DNA of 64,000 nucleotides from assembly GCA_001642005.1 (NCBI GenBank), contig LWCA01000016.1:1-64000 (forward strand), read 5' to 3'. The stretch comes from Intoshia linei. Its lineage: Eukaryota; Animalia; Orthonectida. Numbering within the stretch: position 1 is the first letter of the stretch; each line of letters starts with the position of its first letter. A program made the position numbers and the translations under genes. Shown here in pieces: positions 11,972-23,300 of this stretch. A model generated the notes under the pieces. The model made no database searches and had not been told where the DNA came from. It saw only the letters and a list, made by a program, of their open reading frames with translations.

Positions 11972-12559
11972 CAGAGCCGTTTTAAGGTATGGTTAATATG
12001 GGCTGTAGCTCAGGGACACTCATTAAAAAAGCCCCAAATTAATAAAAGATATTTACATTTATATCTTAAAAAGAGGCTCCAATTTATTAAAAAATACTTC
12101 ACATTTAAATTATTTGATTGGGAAAAAACAAGCAATAACATTTTATATATGTATAAAGATATACAAATGATAAATTGGAATCATTATTTCCTAATATTGA
12201 AATCATATTTGATAATATCATATCTGATTTCTCTCAGAAAAAAGTAAGAAAATAACATTTGTGAAGAATTGTCAAAAATTTTTTTGACTGCATGGTGCTT
12301 TATTTTCAAATGAAAAAGTAAACTTTGTTCATTAATTAAGTAAGTTTTTGTAAAAGAAATAAAAGTTACTAGAAATCTACATAATATCTTTTAATGCTTT
12401 TATTAACACTCAATGAAATAAGACGCTAAGTCTCCAACCAACAGTATGCCTGTCTTCTAAAAAGGGGCCCTAATTTTTTTTTATCGCTTCGCTCAAAACT
12501 TTAAAGGGCCTGGGCCCTTCGCTTAGCCCAGAGTCACGAAGTGGCTTAAAACGGCTTTG
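11972..12559. mobile_element. hAT-type MITE with a perfect 8-bp TSD
   Basis: TIRs CAGAGCCGTTTTAAG ... CTTAAAACGGCTTTG; TSD TGGCTTAT at 11964-11971 and 12560-12567. Confidence 0.85.
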
Positions 12560-14382
12560 TGGCTTATAGTATAAGCTTGGATTTTTTTTTAAATCTTTCA
12601 ATAATAATAAATATAATAATAAAAACTTTTTTCAATTTAAAAAAAGTATAATGATTAGAGCACTGCTTCCAAAACTTTTTATGTTCGCGGCGCCCTAAAA
12701 AATAAATATATTGCGACGCACTATACACTATATCAAGGGTACCCACACTTTTCTTGATGCGATAGACTTTAAAATTTTTCAATGAGTGCGATCGACTAAT
12801 AAATTGACTAGAAAAGATTTCTCTGATTGGAACTTATTGCAAAAAAATCACCTTGCATATCCAATAAAAAATGTTTATCTACATAATTTTAGTGTGATCA
12901 TCGAAAACATATAAATTAAAATTCAGAATAATTCCAATCACTTTCGATGTATATTTGAAAATTATCGGCAAAATCTATTTTAAGCAATAATGGACTAATT
13001 TATTTACTTAACGATTTAAACAAGTTACAACGCATTTATTGAAATGTGTACAAATTTTAAAAATAAATTAAATAATAAAAAATATATCAATATTAAAATC
13101 ATTTAATAACGAGTATTATCAAAATAAAAAATTAATTATAATTTTGACGATGATTGATAATGTGATGGACAGGTTGGGCATCCCTGCACTATATGAATAT
13201 ATTTATATTTTTGATTATGTGTATTATCACAATCGTTCTCACACTTTTTTAATGAGGGTCCCCTCACATGCAATAATTTATAATTTTTTTTATAATGAAA
13301 ATTTGGAGTAATTAGAAAAATAATTATAATTACAGAGTAATATATTTTAAAATCACTGTTTTAGTGTATTTATAAAATGTATGTACTTTAGATATTTAAT
13401 AGACATTTTTATAATTTTAAATTATTGATTATTAAAATAAATAATAAAAATTTAAAAAAAAAGCAGATTTAGTTACCGGCGCATTATTTGGGAAGCAATG
13501 GATTAGACTGTAATATCATCTAGATCGAGTAATACAAAATTTAAGTTGCAATTTATGATAATGGTCATAATTTAAAAAAAAGTTCTTTGGGTTTATAAGT
13601 CTGAAAAGCTCAATTTCTTAAATGAAATGAATGCGATGAAACATCACTTTCGAAAATAGTTTTAGAAATTGGTGTTTTTAAAACTCTACGACTCTCACTT
13701 TCTTAAATAACTAGGAACCAACCGGCAGCCACCCGTTTCAAGTTAGATTACTTTATATAAGGAAGGATTATTTATCTTTACATTTTTTGGTCAGGATTCA
13801 TATCAATACTTTTCATATTTATTTATTATATTGCATATTTAATAAAGTATGATTGGTACAATATTATTAAAATCCTTTTTTTTCATCTAATTTTGACAAT
13901 ATCATTAAAGCATTTATGAAACATTGCATTTTGACATCAATAGAAAGTACGAATTAAAATATAGCACATTACATATAGCCTCTAATATTTATCTATTTAT
14001 GACAAATGATATTGTTTGTAATAATTAGTTTCATACATGTATACTGAATGTGATATTTTCATTTTAATAATATTTAGCTGATTGAAACATTAAATTTGAA
14101 AGTCTGATCTTTCTGCAATAAAATTTAAAAAAGTAAGTTAATTTTATAAATAAACACTAATAGAGGAGATTTCAATGAGGATATTCATTTAAACTTTGAT
14201 ATTGTGGAATAATTTATTCATTATTTTTTAAATTATGAATTATTCAAGGAAAGTACAAATAGTTGCACCTAAAAAATTGAAATTTAGAGAAATGATATTT
14301 TCTAGAGAAGGAGTTTTAATTCCTACAAACGGAAGAGTTTCATCTAGAAATCGAATTACACAAATGTCGAGTAATCAATTTT

Positions 14383-15687
14383 GTGAAAATCAAGACAGAG
14401 ATGAAATCAACATGTTCAAATAATGTACGCGATAGTATAAAATTGAATCAAATCGGTAATGTTGATGTTGAAATGCAGGATTTTAATTGTAATGTCAAAA
14501 TTGATAAAAGTATGAACGGTGACATTGCAAATCATAGTTTGAATAATGATATTGTCATGCAATCACCAAAAGTAGAAAAAATAGCAAAAGTTATAGAATA
14601 TAACAAACACGATGTCCCGAAAATTTCAAGTCGATACGTAAAAATGTCTAATAAAATGTTTTGTGTGGCGGTAGCTTTTGATAAGGAATTGAATTTTGAT
14701 AATATTGAACGTGATGCAGCACCTCTACCATAGCCCAATTTTAAAATTATTGCCGGGTCATCACAGCGAGGCAAAGATAAGCTGATCGATTCGAACGACT
14801 ATAGTTTCAATATAAAGGTTGTACGTGGAGCAACAACCTACTGGCAATGCATTAGTAGGTCGAAAACGGTTAACTGTCGGGCAACAGTTATACAAAAACA
14901 TGGCAATTTTAAAAGAGAAAGTCAACCACATATACACCTAGCACTGCCAAGATAAAAAAATGTACATATTGTAAAAAAAACAATAAAAGAGCGGGCAAAA
15001 TAAAACATTTTTCAATCGGCAGCAGAAATTGCTAGGCAGGTTGTCGTAAACCATATAAATGAAGCACCAGCTTCTTCACTGCCAAGCATTGAAAATCTTG
15101 CCCGACAGGCTAATAGACTGCGCAGCAAAAATATGCTTGTGGAACTAACAGATTCATATTTTGAACTAAATCTGGATCACGTGCCAAACAATTTTTTAAA
15201 AAAAGATTTTATGGTCGAGGAGAACAGGCATATAATTTTTGCAACTGACCAAATGTTGCAATTAATGACCAATGCAAAAACCTGGTACATGGATGGCATT
15301 TTTAAAATTGTTAAAAAGCCCTTTTCGCAACTATTTAACATACACGTATTTATTAAAGAACGGGATCACACGAAGCAAGTTCCTGTGCTTTTTGTTTTAA
15401 TGACATCAAGGTCAAAAAAAGATTACAAAAAACTGTTCAAAAAAATAAAAGGACTTTTGACTGGTGATGTCAAATTGAAAAAGGGCGTGATGGATTTTGA
15501 AGCAGCAGTTTGGAAAGAATTTCCAGACATATTTCCAGGAGTGAAATTGCAAGGCTGTTTGTTTCACTGGACACAATGCGTGTGGAGGCACATTCAAGCA
15601 ATAGGGCTGCAGGCATCCTATATCCAGGATAATGGAACCTTCAAGTTTTACAGGAGGTTGATGGCTTTGCATTTTCTTACCTCATGA
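14383..15687 (+). pseudogene. Degraded Mutator-like (FLYWCH + MULE) transposase
   Basis: One reading frame interrupted by 3 stops (14731, 14953, 15001). It carries a FLYWCH finger (SQRGKDKLIDSNDYSF...TYWQC...CRATV...PHIH) and a MULE DDE core (WYMDGIFKIVKKPFSQLFNIH, VPVLFVLM, VMDFEAA, GCLFHWTQCVWR), and is truncated at the C-terminus. Confidence 0.88.
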
Positions 15688-16023
15688 AAAAATACCCGAG
15701 GTGTTCCATCGGCTGCAGAGGCAGTTATGTCGCTCTAAGTTGTATAGTTTCAATACATCTCTCAAATGAATGTCGATAACTGAATGTTCGCATGGATAAT
15801 AAATTATGAATGTTCTAACCTGTGCCTGTGTAACCATCTATTCAGAACACCGATAGGCCCAAAAATTATAAATCATTTTTTTCGGCACAACGTAAGACAA
15901 ATTTAAAATTAAAAAATGTGCACTTTCACGGCCAAAACCACATAACAGTCAAATTAGTATGAAAGTTAAGTAGAAAATCCAAGGTAAACCAGTAATCATG
16001 TGAAAATTTAATTATTTATAATT

Positions 16024-17898
16024 TTATTGATGATATAAATGAGGGAAATCTTTACATATTTGTACAAATGCATTGCATATTTTGTTAAATTGAACAATAT
16101 TTAAGGAGGTAATGTTCATTGTTGGGTCAATGTCAACTTTAAGCATTAACAAGTCAGCTAAATCAACATTTTCTTGTGGAAACATTTTTCTAAATTAAAT
16201 TAATTTAAATTTACATTTTTTAGCATAAACTATACAAAAAGGGTTATCTATCAATAATTTATCTACAATTTATCAAGCGCCCTCATCACAAATGTATTTT
16301 AATTAAATTAAATTTTTATTTCTGAATACATATAAAATTCTATAATTTTTAAAGTAATAAAACAATAAAAATTATAAATTATTAAAAATAATTTAATAGA
16401 GTCGCGAATCGTAACTCGACAATTAACAACCGGTCATACAAATCATTTTCAAAATAGGGTTCAATGCAATTCGATTTAAATATGTTTTGATGATCTATTA
16501 CTTTACCACAAATTCACCAAAATCATTAATTCAGTAAATAAAATAATTACCTAATATTAAATAGAATATGTTTGGATTTATGGTTAAATAGATGAGTGAT
16601 AATTTTGTTAATCAAAGGAAAAGGATGATTAATTAGTGGTTTCTTTCTTGGAATAAAATGTACAGTTCCAGCATCAACTTTTGGTCTAGGAACAAAAACA
16701 CTGTTTGGTATATCATAAACTGATTTACAATTACAATATATTTGACAAATAAAGGACAATCTTGAACGAATAAGTGAATTTGGTTGGCAAACGATTCTAT
16801 CGCAAATTTCTTTCTGAAATGTCAATGTCATTGGAACTCTATGATATTTCCATGCACTTTGCCTTTCAGATATTTGTTTCATCCATTTTACCACAATTGC
16901 CGTCGAAACATTAAATGGTAAATTTCCAATTATTCCAAATTTTGGAATTTCATCAACATCCCATTTTGGCTCATTTTTCGATTCAAATGTGTCTTCAAAT
17001 GAGCATTGCATTACATCGTCAAATACAACATGTATAGGAATATTGGTAGATTCACAAAGAATCTAAAATTAAATACACTAAAAAATATTGACGACCCGTT
17101 TAAGAATTAATAGACATTGATATCACATCAGTAATGTGTAAAAAAAACAAAAAATTACTCTTAGTAATTGGGAAAATCTGGTATCCTTTTCAATTATCAC
17201 TATTTTCTCTGGGTTTAACTTTACAAGCGATCTAGTTATCCCGCCAGGTCCAGGACCTATTCTATATTTTAAATGTAAAATATAAATACCCAAAAATTTC
17301 AAATACTACCACAAATTTCACAATACTGTTCTAAACACGCCAAAACACAATATAGTAGCAGTACGAAAAATTTCAAATGAACGAACATGCATATTTTTGT
17401 AAAAACCTGAAAACATTTGTTAATGTAAATTTGTATATTAATACGTATACTTTGTAATATGGAAAAATAAAACTATCAATTTTAAAGTCAGTTTTTACCC
17501 CAGCCTGGAAACGGTGCAATACAGTAATAAATATTACAAGAATCGTAACCCGAGTCAGTTTAAATTTATACGTGTCCAGTGCACTGTTTTCTAGAAATTT
17601 GAAGCACAATTGAAAAAAGTTGAAAAACATAAAAATAACAAAATGTACTCGATAACAGTTGACCCAAATTTCAATCCAGACGATTTCACCAACTTATCAC
17701 ATATATTTTCATCCAAAATAAAATTTTGTCCAAGATTTTTTCTGGCTGATCTATACAAAATAATATCAATGAAACAAACACGTACACTTTATAAATTCTA
17801 ATCATATCGCTGATAGTAGGCATAGGCGGTAATCTTCTAAATCTTGGGCTCAGACTGGCTTCAATTATGCCTTTTCCAACAGTTTTCATTAACGACAT
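16024..17898 (-). CDS. TFB1M: Mitochondrial dimethyladenosine transferase 1 (TFB1M)
   Basis: RLPPMPTISDMIRIYKV|SARKNLGQNFILD...VIE|IGPGPGGITRSL...IEKDTRF...IIGNLPFNVST...MTLTFQKEI...RSRLS...FVPRPKVDAGTVHFIP. The last exon ends PHLYHQ* at 16024. Confidence 0.95.
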
Positions 17899-18052
17899 GC
17901 TTATTATTGTTCAAATGTAATAAAAATGTATAAAATTTAAAATTTAAAATTTAATAATTAATATTCAAAATATAAAATATAACTAACTTTACTTCACCCT
18001 ACAGTAGTAAACTTTACTTTAAATTAAATTTGTATATACTATTGGGATAATT
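17899..18052. promoter_or_regulatory. Putative bidirectional promoter between TFB1M and PAM16
   Basis: 154 bp between divergent ATGs, with a tandem AAATTTA x3 at ~17933-17953. Confidence 0.55.
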
Positions 18053-20031
18053 ATGGTGGTAATTTGGATCAATTACTTAAATCGACTAAAAATATTATTT
18101 AAAGGCTAGATATCTTATAAACATTGTACTATCGGGAACCAGAATAATTGCATCTGCATTTGGAAAAGCTGTACGAAGTGAATATGATGCAAGTCGGAAT
18201 GCTGCGAAAACACGTGCCAATATTAATAAAAACACAAAAACAGAATCTATTTTTTATAATGATATTACACTAAATGTAAGTTTTAATTTTTTGGTTTTAA
18301 ATTGTCTGTCACCTAAGGACTGACCTTATGGATTGGATACACCGATACATTTCATTAGGTTAGATTTTTATATATGTTGCATAGAATGTGTACAACTGTG
18401 AAATGTACACATTTCACGGGTAAGTCGTAGAATGTCTAAAACTTTCATTTATATTTTAGTTTAATTTTGGGTTTTAGAAATTTTTTTTAAACCAAACTTT
18501 TACGGGGGGTTTTATAAGATTTTGTTTTAACCAAACTTTCAAGAGGGGTTTTTAAGATTTTTTTTGAACCAAACTTTTGAGGGAGGTTTTTAGGAAATTT
18601 TATTTGAACCAAACTTTCACGAGGAATTTTTAAGATTTTTTTTGAACTAAACTTTTAAGGGGGATTTTTAGCAATTTTTTTTGAACCAAAATTTCAAGAG
18701 GGGTTTTTAAGATTTTTTTTAAACCAATATTAAACTAAAATATAAATGAAAGTTTTACACATTCTACGACTTGCCCGTGGAATGTATACATTCTATACGA
18801 CATATACATTCGTTACTAGTATTTCGATTAAAGATCTATAAACCACTTTAAATTTAAATTTTTGTAAAAAAATCACAATAAAAGTAATACTCAACTTAAG
18901 TCTCAAGAAATAAAATTTCATTTTCATTTAAATTTTAATTAAAAAAAAGAAATTTTTAGTTTGGTAAAATAAAATTTGGTTGGTAAAATTTGATTTTTTA
19001 TTTTGGGGTTTGATTAAGTGGATTTGAAAATTTAATTCTCTGAGGGTTTGAAATTGTATTTTTTATTTAATTTTATTAATGGTGAGATAAATGTGAAATT
19101 TTTGAAATAATCATGTAGCGGTCGTTTAGAATTTGGGATAAATTGCCAACATCTGGAAACATCTACGGTAGTAATAAATATTAAATTTTTTTATATTTTA
19201 TTTGAATCTCACGGACCCCAGACTTATAGTTTTGCTCTAAAGGGTCTAATATTTTATTTCTAATAAACATAATGTTTAGTTTAAATGGTTCGCATTTGAA
19301 TAAAATGCATTTTTTGGTCACTAGAATGACTCATTTCTAAATATGGTGATCTTTATTAATTTTTTAGTTTAATAAATTTTTAATTTTTACAAGTCACGAT
19401 TCTTTTCACATTTAAGATTCCTACCAGTCTCAATAAACCTAAATTTAAAAATCTTTTATAGAACATGAAACAAATGACTATCCAAGTCTGGAATAACAAA
19501 AAAATTTTTTTTTCTATAAAATGTAAATTACTGGTTAATGTTTCATTTAATAATAACTTGATATTATTACAATTAAACTTTCTAATATTGCAGGTTTGAT
19601 TACTTTGTGTCTATTATTTGTATTTAATATTTGTAGTTTATTATTTATTACTTTAAAGAGCTTTGATTTTTTTCTATAGAGTGTATTACATTGACCTGTC
19701 ATTAAAACTTTTAATTATACTTGAATTAGCGTAATTACGACTCTTACGTAATTTATGTAAGAATCCGTAAATTAATATTATTTATTTAGGAATCAAAAAA
19801 CATTTTATCAATTAAAGATGAAAATAATTTAGAAGAAATAAACGCCCGATTTAAATATTTATACGACATTAATGAGAAATCAAAGGGAGGGACATTTTAT
19901 TTGCAATCAAAAGTATTTAAACATTATTAAAATGTACATTTAAATGTACTTAGATTTACCGAGCTCACGAGTTTCTAGTAGATAATTATTCAAATCAAAA
20001 ATCAACTAAACCGGAAAATTCTAAAGATTAA
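18053..20031 (+). CDS. PAM16: Mitochondrial import motor subunit PAM16/Tim16/Magmas
   Basis: Micro first exon ATG(GTG), then ARYLINIVLSGTRIIASAFGKAVRSEYDASRNAA...ITLN|ESKNILSI...RFKYLYDINEKSKGGTFYLQSK|IYRAHEFL...*. Exons 18105-18275, 19790-19912, 19954-20031. Confidence 0.93.
18371..18806. mobile_element. TIR element (~90-bp inverted arms) enclosing a ~39-bp tandem array
   Basis: Left arm cacgggtaagtcgtagaatgtctaaaactttcatttatattttagtttaa mirrors the right arm ttaaactaaaatataaatgaaagttttacacattctacgacttgcccgtg. Six or more internal units of ttttttgaaccaaactttcaagaggggtttttaagat. Confidence 0.8.
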
Positions 20032-20320
20032 ATTTATAACATGAACCTGTAAAATTTCTAATCAAATTATCCTCACCCATAAAATAAATTTTTTCAATTT
20101 GTTTCAACATACGTGTGATTTTATTGATTATAATTGTCTATGTATAGTCTACAATTAATACTGTTACAATATAATGGAACATTAATTGCATTAATATCAT
20201 TTTATCTAGGAAACTTTTGTCTAGTATATATAGAACAATATATTATGTATTGTATGTTCTATAAACAATACCAAAAGGTAAAATTAATCTCTGACTATAA
20301 TTATTCTACACTTATTTGAT

Positions 20321-23300
20321 ATGATAAATCAGGATTATGACGAGAAGGGCTTTGATCATGTTCATAACGCCACAGTAAAAGGTTTCGTTAAATCTATTGA
20401 AAAGTTTATATTGACTGATGCTAATGAATTGGAAAAGGGTATTTCTTTGCATATTGTGGTTACGTTCAGAGTTAATGTTTAATTAGTTACACGGGATGGT
20501 CTTCAGTCTACTCCATTATTGTTGGCCGCACAATACGATCATTTGGATGTGTTTAAACTGCTGGTTACTTTAGGAGCTAACCTGAATCATGTCAATACAA
20601 AATCTTGCGGAATCATAGATATTTGCGTGGAGCATGAATCATTTAATGTCATTTTTTATATGATTAATGTTTGGAAAGCACAGAATGACAATTTAAATGA
20701 ATCTGTTGAAAAATCAAAATCGACGGAAAAGTATCAAAATATTTTTCAAAAGGTATTGCATTTTTGTTTATTCTATGTTAAATGCATCTTATTTTTTTAC
20801 CGGTTTTTTTAATTTTTAAAATAATAAGGTAATATTTTCATAGTACAACTCCCATAAAATTCATATTAAACGAATTCAAAAAGTCTGGGTAACCTCAAAA
20901 CTAACAAAATTTTATAAATTTTTTTAAAAATCCTTCCTTAAAAGCAGTGTTTCTCATGGTGGTGACTGGTCACCCTAAGGGTTGACCAATTTTATTAGAA
21001 GGTGAATACGACAATTTTAGATGATTGGAGTGGATGATACATTTTAAGCATATTTCATTTAATTTAGTAAAACCTTATGAGAAAAAACCAAAAATTTTAC
21101 CACCTCGTAAGGAAAATCCCTCTATCTGATCCCTAAAGAAAAAACATAATTTTACCAATTCCTAAGGATAAAACCGCTTTTACCAATATTTTTCTGAAAA
21201 ATCCCTCTATCTCAAGGTTTCTTAACCTTTTTTAAGTTTAGCACAACCGTTAGCCAGATCAATTATTTCCAGTACACCTGGAAAATAAAAAATGATACCT
21301 TAAAATTCAATTTAAAAATCGTATTTTATTGAGATTTTAAAAAATCCCCCTATTGAACATCATCAATAAATAAACATTAGGGTGATCACCATATTCAAAG
21401 ATCAAAAAGTATTTTTCACCATCAGGATTATTGGTGATGGTGATTGTAGTAAACTTTAGTTTACTATCTCCTTATTGATTCTATATTATTAACTTGTAAC
21501 GACTTATAATAAAATTAACTAAATTGTTTATACACATACATTTCTATTACAGTGATTACTTTCCTGAAAAAATTATTCAAATTGGTTGAGTTTGGACCCG
21601 GCCACTCAACATTGAAATTTTTCCCTATAAAGTTTAAATTAAACATTATTTTCATAGTTAGACACCATATGACATATGACATAGATATACAGTCGATTCT
21701 GTTCTATATGAACATGAAGAGACCAAGTTTTAATCATGTTCATACTATACTGTAATATGAGCATATATGAATGGCGATAATAATACAATTAAAAGTTTCG
21801 AAAAGTCCAATCAATGTTTGTTCAAACAAAATTGTCGTGTTCATATTAAGCTGAGTTCATATTCTAGGATGTTCATATAGAACATAATTGACTGTACACT
21901 TATTTGAGTCATAAAATAAATTTCAATTTGAAAATACGTTTAATTAGATTTTTTTATTAACATTTTTTATTCAAAATTTAAAAAATAATAATAGTTTTTC
22001 TAGCACCTCTAGGGGTGCTATTACTTCCGGTTAAGAAACCATGACTCTATCTGATTTCTAATAAAAAACTTAATTATATCAACCCTTAAGGAAAAAATCC
22101 GCTTTTACCAATATTTTTCTGAAAAATCCCATTTTACCAAACTTTTAGATCAATAATTCATCTATCTGATTTCTAATAGAAAAAACCTAATTTTACCAAC
22201 CCCTAGAGAAAAAATCCCTTTTTGCCATTATTTTTTTGTGAAAATTTCCTTTATCTGATTCCAAAAGAAAAAACCTAATTTTACCAACCCTTAATAAAAA
22301 AACCCGCTTTTACCAATATTTTTATGAAAAATCTCTTTTTACCATTATTTTTTTGAAAAATCCCTCTATCTGATCCCAAAAAAAAAACTTAATTATACCA
22401 ACCCTTAAGGAAAAATCCCATTTTACCAAACTTTTAGATCAATAATTCATCTATTTGATTTCTAATAGAAAAAACCTAATTTTACGAACTCCTAGAGAAA
22501 AAATCCCCTTTTGCCATTATTTTTTGTGAAAATTTTCTTCTATCTGATTCCAAAAGAAAAAACTTAATTTTACCAATCCTTAAAGAAAAAATCCAATCAT
22601 ACTAAACCTAAATCTCTCAAATTAACTCAAATCTTAAGTTAAAGTATAACATTATCCATCGAAGTTGCGGTATTTAAGTTGAAAGAGTCAACTTTATCAA
22701 CCTATTTATTTATTATTATTATTATTTACCTATTATAATAATACTAATAATTAAATGAAACTACATCAAGTTTAGTTGATAAATACACTGGAAAGTAGCA
22801 TACAACACCAATCAAAAATTGTAGCATCCTCAAGTAAAATAATATTAGAAATACTAAATAGACCAACAAATGAAGCATGTTACGACGAAATGATGTCATT
22901 AAATCTACTAGAAACGTTGATTCAGGTGTTAAACTCTGCCGAAAAATGTATGATTGAAAACATAAAAATTAACAATGAAGAAGTATTAAGCATGTACCCT
23001 TTAATTAACATTTTATTAAAACTATGCTACACGTTAATAACATATGCAAACAATATACAGCGAAAATGCTACAAACAAGAAAAATCTAATTTACCTGAAA
23101 TAAAAAAATTACAAAAACTAAAAAATGTAATAACAAATAAAGTGACAACTCAAATTTCTCAAAATAAGCCTATTCTATTGAAAAATGAAATTATTGGTGT
23201 AAATATCGATATCATGATTAGATTATACAAATCTGAATCATTTCAAGTCTTTGTTAATTTTTTGAATGTAACTAAACAAATGGTCGCTACTAGTCGACTT

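Larger units (their letters stand above)
21060..22600 (+). repeat. ~29-31 bp minisatellite (AAAAATCC...TTTTACCAACCCTTAAGG) with a ~290-bp higher-order duplication, interrupted by MITEs
   Basis: The block at 22131-22290 recurs at 22420-22580. The same unit occurs at ~8880-8990, 28770-29000, 33160-33260 (rc), 57245-57730 and 63560-63650. Confidence 0.8.

Noticed and set aside
14731-15003. In-frame TAG/TAA in the MULE frame as stop-codon reassignment or readthrough
   Set aside because: Host genes terminate normally at TAA, TAG and TGA; pseudogenisation is the simpler explanation.
18481-18725. Regularly spaced ~39-bp repeats resembling a CRISPR array
   Set aside because: The units are contiguous diverged tandem copies with no unique spacers, there are no cas genes, and the context is a eukaryotic intron.
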